Shown in pieces: positions 10,685 through 20,813 of a DNA stretch of 36,255 nucleotides. Where the stretch lies: contig CALSCO010001275.1 of the NCBI GenBank assembly GCA_943704415.1, positions 1 through 36,255 on the forward strand, written 5' to 3'. Under the pieces are notes generated by a model that was not told the DNA's origin, searched no databases, and saw only the letters and a list, made by a program, of their open reading frames with translations. The DNA comes from Parvularia atlantis (lineage: Eukaryota). Both the position numbers and the translations under genes were made by a program. Every line of letters starts with the position of its first letter. Positions within the stretch are counted from its first letter, which is position 1.

Positions 10685-13137
10685 ATGTGTGACAGCGACG
10701 TTGGTAACGGCGAGCGCGGCGACGTCGACGACTTCCGCGCGGACGGCGGCGACGGCGGCGCGGACGCCAAGCGCCGGCGCGTGCTGAGCGAGGGATCGGC
10801 CGCGAACGGTGCCGGCGATGTGCCGTCCGAGGGCGACGGGCCCGAGGCGGTCGAGGCCGACGACACGACGCTGATGTTGACGAAGGAGGTGCGTATCGCA
10901 CGCGCGCGTGTGGCAGCGACGGCTCACGCGGCGTGCGCGCCTGCAGAACGGGTGCAACATCTGCTTCGACACGATGACGCGCTCGGGCCCGCACCGCATC
11001 GTCGCGCTCGCGTGCGGGCACCTGTTTGGGCGGCAGTGCGTTTTGAGCTGCCCTTTTCGCGCGCGCGCGATCGCTCACGGGGCGCACGCGCGCGGCAGCT
11101 GCATCGAGCGCTGGATCGCCAAGAAGCCCACGTGCCCGCAGTGTAACAAGCGCGCGCTGCGCCGCGACGTGCGCCCGCTCTACGCGATGCACGTCATTGT
11201 CGCCGACACCAAGTGCGCCGCCCCGCTGCTGATCTCCTGGCCTCATGCGACGCGACGCGGCGTCAGGCTCGTCGACGAGGCCCGCCAGCGCCTGCGCGAC
11301 GCCGAGCGACAGCGCGACGAGATGCGCCTGCTGGCCGAGGCGCGCCTGAGCCAGATCGAGAGCTGCCAGGACATGAACCAGCGTCTGCGCGCCGAGAACG
11401 ACCGGTTCGCGATAGCCGCGCTTGCAGCCCTGCTCACGCATGCGCAACGCGACGCGGCAGGCTGCGCCAGGAGGTCGCGACGCTGCGTGCGCTCACCAAG
11501 TTTGCGTGGCCCGCTCGGCCTGCGCCTTCCGTCGTTGACCCGCCACCGCTGCCTCCGCCGCTGCCGCTGCCGTCGGGTGCCGCCGAGCTCGAGACGGAGC
11601 CTGCGTCACCCGAACGCGCGACCACCCCGCCACCGCCGCCACTACAAGAGCAGCAGAAGTCGACGCCGCTACAGCAGCCGCCGACGTGCCTCAGCCCGCC
11701 CACGCCCACGCCACAGCAGCAGATGCAGCGGCTGCTGCAGTTTGCGCACCGGCTAGAGTTCCGCCTCGAGGTGCGCAGGCACTGGCACCGTGCCCTGGCT
11801 GACGACGTGCGCGCAGCGTGGGGCGCGCGCGTTCGACTTTGAGCGCAGCCGGCGCTGCATCGTCGCGTCCAAGCTGATGGCCAACGGCACGGCGGCGCTG
11901 GTGCAGGTGTCGATGACGTCCGGTGCGCGGCGATCGCGCATTGCAGCTGGCGCGCGGTATGCTCACCGTCTGCGCCCAGATGCGCGCCTGAGCACGTCGA
12001 TGGTTGCGCACTCGAAGCAGATCCGCGACGTGCAGTGCGGGCGGCACCGCGCCGACGGGCTCGTCGCCTCGGCCGCGCTCGACAAGACCGTCGTGCTCAC
12101 GAGCCTGGACGCGCAGACGCGTGTGCACCAGTGCGCGGCGCGGCGGTGCCATGCAATGCGCGCGTTCACGCGCTGTGCAGGTGGACGCTCGACGCGCCCG
12201 TCTGGAGCTGTTGCTGGGACCAGCGCGACCCGCACACGCTTTACGCGGGCATGGCCAACGGCGTGCTCGCGCAGCTCGACATACGAAAGACGAGTGGCGC
12301 CGTGCACACCGTGCGTGTCGCCGACGGGCGCTCGATCCACTCGCTGCAGGCGCTCGCTCTCGGGGTGCGGCGCGCGTGTGTGCACGAGAGGCCGCTGATG
12401 CGTGCGTGTGCGTGCAGATGGGCGACGGCTCGCCGCACCTCGTCGTCGGCACACTCGGCAACGTCTACCTGTACAATGCGGCGCAGGGCACGCTCTCAGC
12501 CGGCGCGGCGGCGGCGGGCTCAGGTGCGCCTGCTGCTGCTGCTGCTGCTGCAGTGCGTCGTTGACTGCGTGCGCAGGCCAGTGCATCTCGACGTGCGCCG
12601 ACGCCGACAGCACGCGCGTCCTCGGCACGTTCCGGCAGAGCGAGAGCAGCCAACTGCAGCACAAGGCGCGCGCGGCCTACGTTCGCCGTCTCGCACACGC
12701 TGACGTGCTCGGCCGCTGCCGCAGATCTTCGCCGTCGACCAGGACGGGCCAGTGCTGCGCCTCGTGGACGAGATCGCGCAGCCGTCAACGCTCAAGCACA
12801 TGGTCCGCACGGCGCTGTTGTCACGGCAGCTGCAGAACGACGCGCGGCTGTTCATCGCCTCGCCGGACGACTCGAGCGCGATCGTGCGTCCGCCCGCACC
12901 GCCCACGCCCACGCCCGCTTGCCCGCTCACGGTGCACAGGTCAACTTCTATGACCCGCTCACGCGCCCCGTCGCCGTGCACGCGATTGGCCTGCCGGACG
13001 TGGGCGCGGCGGCCGCACAGATCACGCAGCTGCGCCACGCGACCTTTGGCGGCGGGGCCGAGTTCCTCGGCGTCCTGTCCGAGACGCACCTGCACCTCTT
13101 CACGGGCGGCGCGAGCACGGGCGCGGGCGCTGGGTGA
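10685..13137 (+). CDS. RFWD3: RING-coiled coil-WD40 E3 ligase RFWD3-like (alternative in-frame ATG at 10670)
   Basis: Spliced RING CNICFDTMTRSGPHRIVALACGHLFGRHCIERWIAKKPTCPQC, coiled coil, Pro-rich linker, and WD-type segments (HSKQIRDV, SAALDKTV, APVWSCCWD...LYAGMANG, LGVLSETHLHLF). Confidence 0.88.
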
Positions 13138-13280
13138 CGTCGTGATGAGCCGTGTCTGTACAGTTGCAGTGTCTGTCCGTCCCTGCTCGACGTGCGCGCG
13201 CGCCTCTCGCTCCGTCGCCTCACACACACGCACGCGCGCAACGAAAGGACACCTGCGCGCCGCACACAAAAGCGAAAACG

Positions 13281-14780
13281 ATGGACAAGCTGTCATAGTG
13301 CGTCGCGGCGCCTCGCAGTCGCGATGTCAGCAGTTTGGGCGCGATGCTGACAGCACTCGCAGCGCCGGCCACTTCCTCACCTACTGGCTCGGCACGCCCG
13401 GCCCAAGCGGCCTCGGCAGCGCGGCCACGGGCTTCGAGGTCGCGACACGGTTCCGCGATGCTGCGCGCGGCAAGGTGCGTTGTGCGCGCGCTGCCAGCCA
13501 TAGGCCTATACGAGTCGCTGACGCGCACCAAGGTTGCGATGGTCACGGGCGCGACCGAGGGCTACGGCATCGAGATCGCGCGCGCGCTCGCGTCGGCCGG
13601 CGTGGCGCTGCTCGTGATCACGGCGCACTCGTCCGAGCAGGTGCGCAGGACCTGTGACGCCGCCGCGACGCCGCTGAAACGCCGCGTCGCAGGGCGCCGA
13701 GACGATCAAGCTGCTCAAGCGCTGCTTCCCCGACACGCCGGTCGAGTGCGTGGTCATGCGGATGGAGTCACTCGCGTCCGTGCGCGAGGGCGCGCGCCAG
13801 TTCCTTGACGCGGACGCGCACCGCCCGCTGCACCTGCTCGTGTGCAACGCGGGCGTGATGAACACGCCGGCGCACTGGCGCACCGAGGACGACTTCGAGT
13901 ACCAGTTTGGCGTCAACTTCTTGGCGGTGCGCGCGCGAATACGCACCATGGTCGGGCGACTGACGCGTCTGTGCGCCCGCGCGTGCCCAGCACTTTTTCC
14001 TCGTGCACCAGCTGATGGACCGGCTGCTGATGGGCGCGCCGTCGCGCGTCGTGCTGCAGTCGTCGTTCACGCACTGGTGCACCCCCCTTGTGCACCCTGG
14101 CTTGTGTGCCTGACGCGCTGCTGGGCGGCCGCGGCAGGGTCTACGGCGACAACCCGATGATCGACTTTGACATGGAGCACCTGATGACGCTGCCGGGCAT
14201 GGTGCGCTACGCCAACTCAAAGCTGGCCAACCTGCTCTTCGCCAAGGGTGCGCTGCGGCACGGGGCTGTGCTTGGGTGTCGGGCTGATGCGCGCGCACAC
14301 GGCCACGGCTCAGAACTCGCCCGACGCTTCGGCGACCGCGGCCTGACGGCGTACGCGTGCCACCCAGGCGCGACGATGACCAACATCTACCGCTACACGC
14401 TCGGCCGCGACGTCGGGCCGGTGCGGCCGCGGGAGCAGCGCGGCTCTCGTACTCGTGCTCAATCAGCACCACGCGGCCGCAGATGCTTGAGACGGTCGCG
14501 TGCTGGCTGCTCGCGGCCAAGTCAACCAAGCAGGGCGCGGCCACGCCCGTGTACTGCGCGCTCGCGCCGGACGTCGTGTCGGGCGAGTACTACAGCGGTG
14601 CGGCACCGCTCAACCGAGTCGGGCTGTGCGGCTCGCTGACAGTCGTGACGTCGGCCAGACTGCAACATCGAGCACACGTTCATCCACCCCAAGGCCAACG
14701 ACGCCGAGATGGCGCGGCGCCTCTGGGACTGGGCCAAGGAGCTCGCGGGCCTCGACCTGCTAGTGGCCGCTGTGCAGTGA
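13281..14780 (+). CDS. Short-chain dehydrogenase/reductase (RDH12/WWOX/TIC32-like)
   Basis: MDKLSY|AGHFLTYWLGTPGPSGLGS, VTGATEGYG (TGxxxGxG), LVCNAGVM, FGVNFLA|HF, catalytic YANSKLAN, ACHPG, KSTKQGAATPVY, ARRLWDWA. Stop TGA 14778-14780. Confidence 0.9.
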
Positions 14781-15093
14781 CGGCCACCCAGTGGCCGCAC
14801 GACAAAAATACCCGCATTCAGTTACATCTTGCTGCGACATGCTCACACGGTCCAGTGAGGTCGCCGTGCACCGTTTCGGCAGTGCTGTGGGGCAAAGAAG
14901 GGCGAGAGAGAACTCACGGAGCAGGGCGATCGATCCAGGCGGGCGCCGGCCACATCGCCCGTACGGCATGTTTGGTGCCCCGCGAGTGTCGCGATGCTCA
15001 CGGCGCCTCTTCGCGCAGCGCCCTCCGTCCGCGCCGCGCCGCCGCCCTCGTCGCTCTCCCCCCACGACCCGCACGACCCGCTCGTCCACGAAG

Positions 15094-17278
15094 ATGCTCA
15101 CGCGCGTGGTGCGTCGCGCGAGCTGCGCGCGGCACGTGGACGCTCATTCGGCGTCCTGCATCGAATCCTGCGTGTTGCGCAGGCCATCCTCCGTCGCTCC
15201 CTCGCCGACGCGCCGCGGTGCCTCTCGACCGTCGCCTCGGCGTCGTCGGTGCGGCGCGCGTGTCGTGGTGGCGGCCGTGCTGAAGGACGGGGGGGGGATG
15301 TGGCGCGCGCGCGCACAGCCGCTCAAGTCGCGCCTGGCCGAGCTCATCCCGGCCAAGAACAAGGAGATCAAGGAGTTCAAGGAGAAGCACGCCAACACCG
15401 TCGTCGGCAGCGTCACCGTCGACCAGGTCGGTGGTGCTGGTGGGCTTGTTCGTGGGGGCTTGGTCGTGGCTTGGTTGTGGGCTTGGACGTGAGGCATGCA
15501 ATAGGCTCTTTTTCTTCGCACGCCCCGCGCTCTCTGCTGGCTGGCTCTACTTCTCACGCTCCTCGCTTATGACTTGCCGCTCACGACTTGCTGCTCGCCA
15601 TCCATCCCACCCGGATCGCACACGCATCCATCGCTGACAGCGCGCTCGCGGCCAAGATCTACGGCGGCATGCGCGACATCAAGGGCCTGATCTGCGAGAC
15701 GTCGCTGCTGGACGCGCAGGAGGTGCGGGCCGCGTGCGCGCACACAAGCACGCACATGTACCAACGACCACACGCACAGGGCATCCGCTTCCGCAACTAC
15801 TCCATCCCCGAGTGCCAGAACCTCCTGCCCAAGGCCCCCGGCGGCGAGGAGCCCCTGCCCGAGGCGCTCTTCTGGCTGCTCGTCACCGGCGAGGTCCCGA
15901 CCAAGGAGCAGACCGACAGGTGCGGCCCGCACGGCCGCGCCATCCGTGCGCAGGCTCACCGCACCCGCGCAGCATCACGAACGAGTGGAACGCCCGCGCG
16001 GCCGTGCCCGACCACGTCATCAAGATGCTCGACAACTTCCCCAAGCACATGCACCCGATGACCCAGTTCTCGGCCGCCGTGACCGCGCTCAACACCGAGT
16101 CGGCCTTCGCCGCGGCCTACGCCCAAGGCGTCAACAAGAACAAGTACTGGGAGTCGACGTACGAGGACGCGATGGACCTGCTGGCCAAGCTGCCGCACAT
16201 CGCCGCGCGCATCTACCGCAACACGTGCGCCGCACCGGCCCGCCGCGCACGCCTGCGCTGCTCACGCGCATGCCCGCGCCCGCGCACAGCTACAAGGACC
16301 GCCGCGTCATCTCGCCCAAGGCCGGCTCGGACTGGGGCAAGTCGCTCGCCGTCCAGCTCGGCTACGACCAGCCCGAGTTCATCGAGCTCATGCGCCTGTA
16401 CCTCGTCATCCATTCGGCGCACGAGGGCGGCAACGTCTCGGCCCACACGACGCATCTCGTCGGCTCGGCCCTGTCGGACCCGTACATCTCGTTCGCTGCG
16501 GGCCTCAACGGCCTCGCCGGTCCGCTGCACGGCCTCGCCAACCAGGAGGTGCTGCGGTGCGTTGGCATGCAAGACGGCAGCGCGCACCGGCGGGGAAGGC
16601 TGACGGCGCCGTGCGCGCGCAGCTGGCTCACGGGCGTCGCGTCCGAGGTCGGCAACGCGCCCACGGATGAGCAGCTCAAGGAGTACATCTGGTCGACGCT
16701 CAGGAAGGGCCAAGTCATCCCCGGCTACGGCCATGCCGTGCTGCGCAAGACCGACCCGCGGTGTGCCCACGCGCGCGACGGCAGCAAAGCTGGTCGCTGA
16801 CACGCGAGACGCAGCTACACATGCCAGCGCGAGTTTGCGCTCAAGCACCTGCCCGAGGACCCGCTCTTCAAGCTCACGTCACAGCTGTACAAAATCGTCC
16901 CGGCCGTGCTGACCGAGCAGGGCAAGACCAAGAACCCGTGGCCCAACGTCGACGCGCACTCAGGCATCCTCCTCACGGTGCAGCGCATGACACGCGTGCG
17001 CGCATGTGCCGCTGACGCTGACGCTGTCGCCGTCGCCGCGCAGCACTACGGCATGACCGAGATGAACTACTACACGGTCCTCTTCGGCGTCTCGCGCGCC
17101 CTCGGCTGCATGGCCGACCTTGTCTGGGACCGCGCCCTCGGCTTCCCGCTCGAGCGCCCGAAGAGCGAGACGACGGGTGCGTCGACACTGCTGTGCGCGC
17201 GGGGCGTTTGTGTCGCTCCTCACACGCGCTCACGCAGCCTCGCTCAAGGAGATTGTCGCCAAGCTCCAGAAGGCCTAG
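15094..17278 (+). CDS. CS: Citrate synthase, mitochondrial (eukaryotic type), ~12 exons
   Basis: Arg-rich presequence, [100 protein letters not shown]. Stop TAG 17276-17278. Confidence 0.98.
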
Positions 17279-17728
17279 ACGCGCGCACCACCGAGCTGCG
17301 CCGCGCCCACGCGCACGCACGTGAGTGTTCATTTCGTTGGACCTGTGACGCGCGACGGTTTGCGCACACGCAACACACCACAAAACAGACTCACGCGGTC
17401 ACCTTCTCCCAGCTCGCCTCGAACGCCTCCTGGTGATACTCGGGCAGCGCTGGCGGCAGCTGTTGGTGTGGCCGTCTGAGCGGCGGCGGCGCTTGGCGGG
17501 GCGGTTCATCGGCCCGGGGCGCCGGAACCGTGATCTGCGGCGGCGTTGGCGTTGCTCAGCGCCGCGCCGAGCTCGTTGGTCTGCTGGCCCAACGCCCTGC
17601 GGCTCGGCATCCTCGGGCGTGAAAGTAGCACGGGCACGCAAGCCGCGCTTATGTAGCCGGCCCAGCGGTCCGTGACATGTGACCCGTGGCCCAAACACAA
17701 ACACAAACACTAGCATGTGCGCGCTCGC

Positions 17729-20317
17729 TCAGAACAGCACCACCGACGAGCCCATGTTGGCCGCGATTGTGCCGTCTTGTGGCGAGACGGCGAGGCTGCG
17801 CACAGCGAGGCTGCGCACGACGAGGGTGCTCCGGTGGCGCTCCGGCGATTTGAGAATGGTGCGGCCGCGCATGGCTCCCTGTTGACTCGCTTCGTCCCGT
17901 AGGCGCGCTTCGTTCTGCTGCAACTGCTCGCTCCACATGTGCTCGAGCTCGCCGGTGGGCCGAAATGCGGCGATCTGACCCGTGCTCAGGCCCACGAGGA
18001 GAAGGTCCGCGGCGGCGTCCCAGGCGACAGCGGTCGGCTTACCCTTCTTGATGCTGTCAAGGATCTCAAAGTGCGGCGGAAACGTCGCAGCTGGTGCGGC
18101 CGGAACGGGTTGAGCGACAATGCGCACAGGATCGCCGTGGCGAAGACCACCCGCGCCGTCGTTCAGAGGGACAGAGTCGCCGGTGTCGAGTGCGAGCAAT
18201 GCAAGACTGGTACAGCCGCTGAACTCGTCGAGGTAGACAAATGCAGCCAGCTTGACGTTGCTGTCCACGGCCACGCAAGGCCACCCGCGGCACGTGCCCC
18301 CTTGGTGCACTACCGCAGCTTGCTGTCTATGAGGCGGCCGTATGTCCTTCTCCCAGACGACTGTGCTGTCGTTGCGCAGCCGTCGCACAAAGCCGTCCGT
18401 GCATGTCGTCAGCATACCGCCATCCGGCAGCACGTCCATGCACGTCACGCAGAAGCGCTCGATCGGCACGTGGCGTAGGATCGCGCCCGTGAAGATGTTG
18501 AGCTCAGCCAGACCAGGCTGCCCGCCTTGAGTGCCGTGACAGACGGCGTTGCCAGACACGTCGTACAGCTGACCACCGGCACGTGACGGCGGCATGGATA
18601 CCCATACCGTACCCATCGGCGTTGCCGCGACCGCACACGCCAGTCCTGGCGCGGCAAGCGTCCGCTGATGCGTGCCGGCGTGGCTGTAGATGTGCAGCTG
18701 CGGTTGCTGAGCGTCCGCGATGACGACGAAACCGTCCACGGTACACGTAACGCTCGAGGCTGTGATGAGCGAGCCCGGTGCGGCCCTGGCGCTCGTGAGG
18801 TCGATGATGACGCTTGGTGTTGTGATGTCGGCATACTTGCGCGCAGGCCGCCCGTGCAGTGGTCCGTCCATGATCCGGCCCAGTTGAGCTGCGTCCGTGT
18901 CGAGCGCGGCGGCGGGCGAGATGCGCCAGCCCATGACGATGTGCGTTGTCTTGCTGATCGCGAGTGCGGTGTTGATCTCGTGCTTATTGAGATCGTCCAT
19001 GCGAGCCACGAGCTGCCCGCGCGAGCTGGCCGCGTGCGCTGTCGCCGCCGCTGAGAGAGCGCCGGCATGCACCCGCACGGCGTCGATGTGCTCCTTCGCC
19101 ACGACAAGGCTGTCCTTCTGATCGCTGAGCGTCTTGATGTCGCCGTCGATCTGGTCCTTGAGGCGCTGCTTGAGGCTGGCCTGGCGCTGGCGGAGCTCCT
19201 CGGCCTTGCGCAGCAGCGGCGCAATGAGAGGGTCAAAGTGCTCGTCGACGTCGCGGCTGGCCTTCTTGAGGTGCGCTTCCAGGTGCTTCATCTCGTCCTC
19301 GAGCGTGCGGATGGCTTGCGCGTATTTCTGCGCCCGCGGCGCCAGGTTGTTGCTCATCTGCACAACAAGCTGCCGCTGCTTGGTGAGGCCGGCGGCGACG
19401 TCGATCACGCTGTGGCCGTGGTGGCGCGCCCGGTTGACAATGCAGTCGTTGCAGGCGAGCTGGTTGCACTTGTCGCAGAAGAGCGTCGCCACTCGGCTCG
19501 TGTGCATGGCGCACATGGGCGTGTTGAGCGCAGCGTCCTCCTTGAGGCCCACTTGGTGCGTCTTGGTGTCCCTGTGGCGCTGATGGGCGCGCGCGTCGTC
19601 CTCGCAGAACTCGCCCTGGCAAGTCGCGCAGCGATGCGTCGCGGGCGCGGCGTCGCAGGCATGGCACGCCGCGATGGGCTGCTGCGCCGGCGTCGGCGCG
19701 AGCACGTCCTCGACCCTGAACGGCGCGTCGCACGGGATCTTGTCGTCGATGACGTTGCAGCACTTGTGGACCTTGCTTGGCGGATCGCGCGTCCTCTTGG
19801 TGGTTAGGCAGGCCGCGCAGATCGGGTGCATGCACGGCAGCCGGGCCGGGTTCTCGCCCAGCTCGTTCATGCAGAACGCGCACTCGGACGGCGGCCGTGC
19901 GGCAATGGGCGGACGGGCAGGAGGCGTCGTCGCAGGGCTGGCGAGAAAGGGCAGCTGCAGTTGAAGCGTCCGGCCACGCTGCTGCTGCTCCGCTTCACGC
20001 GCCTTGGCCGCCCGCTGCTCGGTGTCCACGTCGCTTGTGAAGAGCTCGCACGTCGCGTAGGCCACGGCCGCGTCGACGTCGTCGTGGTACATCTGCGCGC
20101 CGCCACTCATCAGTGACGGCAGGGGGAAGCCCCGCCGTGCCGACGCGAATCACGCACCGTGGCCGCCTCTGTCGCCACGAAGCGATCAAAGCCCATGTCG
20201 AGCAGCTGCGCGACTACGCCGTCGATCTGCGCGCGGGTGGCGGCCGTCAGCGACGGGTGGCGGCGCAAAGAGCCGCGGTTGGCGGCGCACCGCGTTCGCT
20301 TTGGCGCCGGACGTCAT
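17729..20317 (-). CDS. TRIM-like E3 ligase: UBA - RING - B-box1 - B-box2 - coiled coil - NHL-like beta-propeller; exons 20317-20291, 20226-20158, 20092-17729
   Basis: Two GTGCG...CAG introns join MTSGAKANA|IDGVVAQLLDMGFDRFVATEAAT|MYHDDVDAAVAYA (UBA, MGF motif) to the RING (CAFC...LPCMHPICAAC), B-box1 (CHACDAAPATHRCATCQGEFCEDDARAH), B-box2 (CAMH...LFCDKCNQLACNDC...HHGH), a long helical region and about six propeller blades ending SVVLF*. Confidence 0.85.
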
Positions 20318-20363
20318 GCTGCGAATCGCCTTGCTGGAAACGCGGACAGTTACGATTCGCGAG

Positions 20364-20763
20364 ATGGACAGTCTGACCGGGGCGGCGTGCGCTGGCCCGG
20401 CCACGCCACCGCAGCAGCAGCCGCCGCCGCCGCAGCAGCAGCAGCAAGAGAACGAGCCGCCGGTGACGGCGACGCTGCACGGTGCGCACGTGCGCATAGC
20501 AAAGCGAGCAAAGCTGACAGCAATCGATGAGACAGCGCCGCTCCCGCGCCCGCCAAAGCCCGCGTTCATGAACCTGCAGATGAGCCCGACGGACGCGCTC
20601 ATGTCGCCCACGACGCACAAGCTGCACAAGAAGATGCGCCCGGCCGTGCCCGTGCAGTGCGTCGCCCGCGCGCGCGCGCGCTGTCGTCGTCGCCGTCTCA
20701 CACGGCGCGCACATCGCCAGCGGCTCGGCGCGGCCCGCGCAGCTGCTGCGGCTGCTCGAGTGA
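20364..20763 (+). CDS. Spo12-family protein, 3 exons
   Basis: Motif MSPTDALMSPTTHKL matches the Spo12 SP(S/T)DxxxSPxxxKL signature. Introns 20482-20535 and ~20658-20720; the product ends ...SARPAQLLRLLE*. Confidence 0.75.
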
Positions 20764-20813
20764 GCCGCGTCGGCCTGTTGTGTCTGTTCTTTTACTGCCC
20801 GCCGTATCGACCG

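Noticed and set aside
15427..15656. TPP riboswitch or snoRNA in the long citrate synthase intron
   Set aside because: No CTGAGA/ACCTGAT TPP core and no convincing terminal C/D or H/ACA boxes; kept only as an unassigned hairpin.
20093..20110. ATG at 20110 as the TRIM start (ORF track)
   Set aside because: It lies within a GTGCG...CTGAT...CAG intron; splicing to the upstream exons yields a coherent UBA domain.
3359..20763. Meiosis/DNA-repair gene cluster (REC114, RFWD3, Spo12-like)
   Set aside because: The genes are dispersed among housekeeping genes and I see no shared upstream motif.
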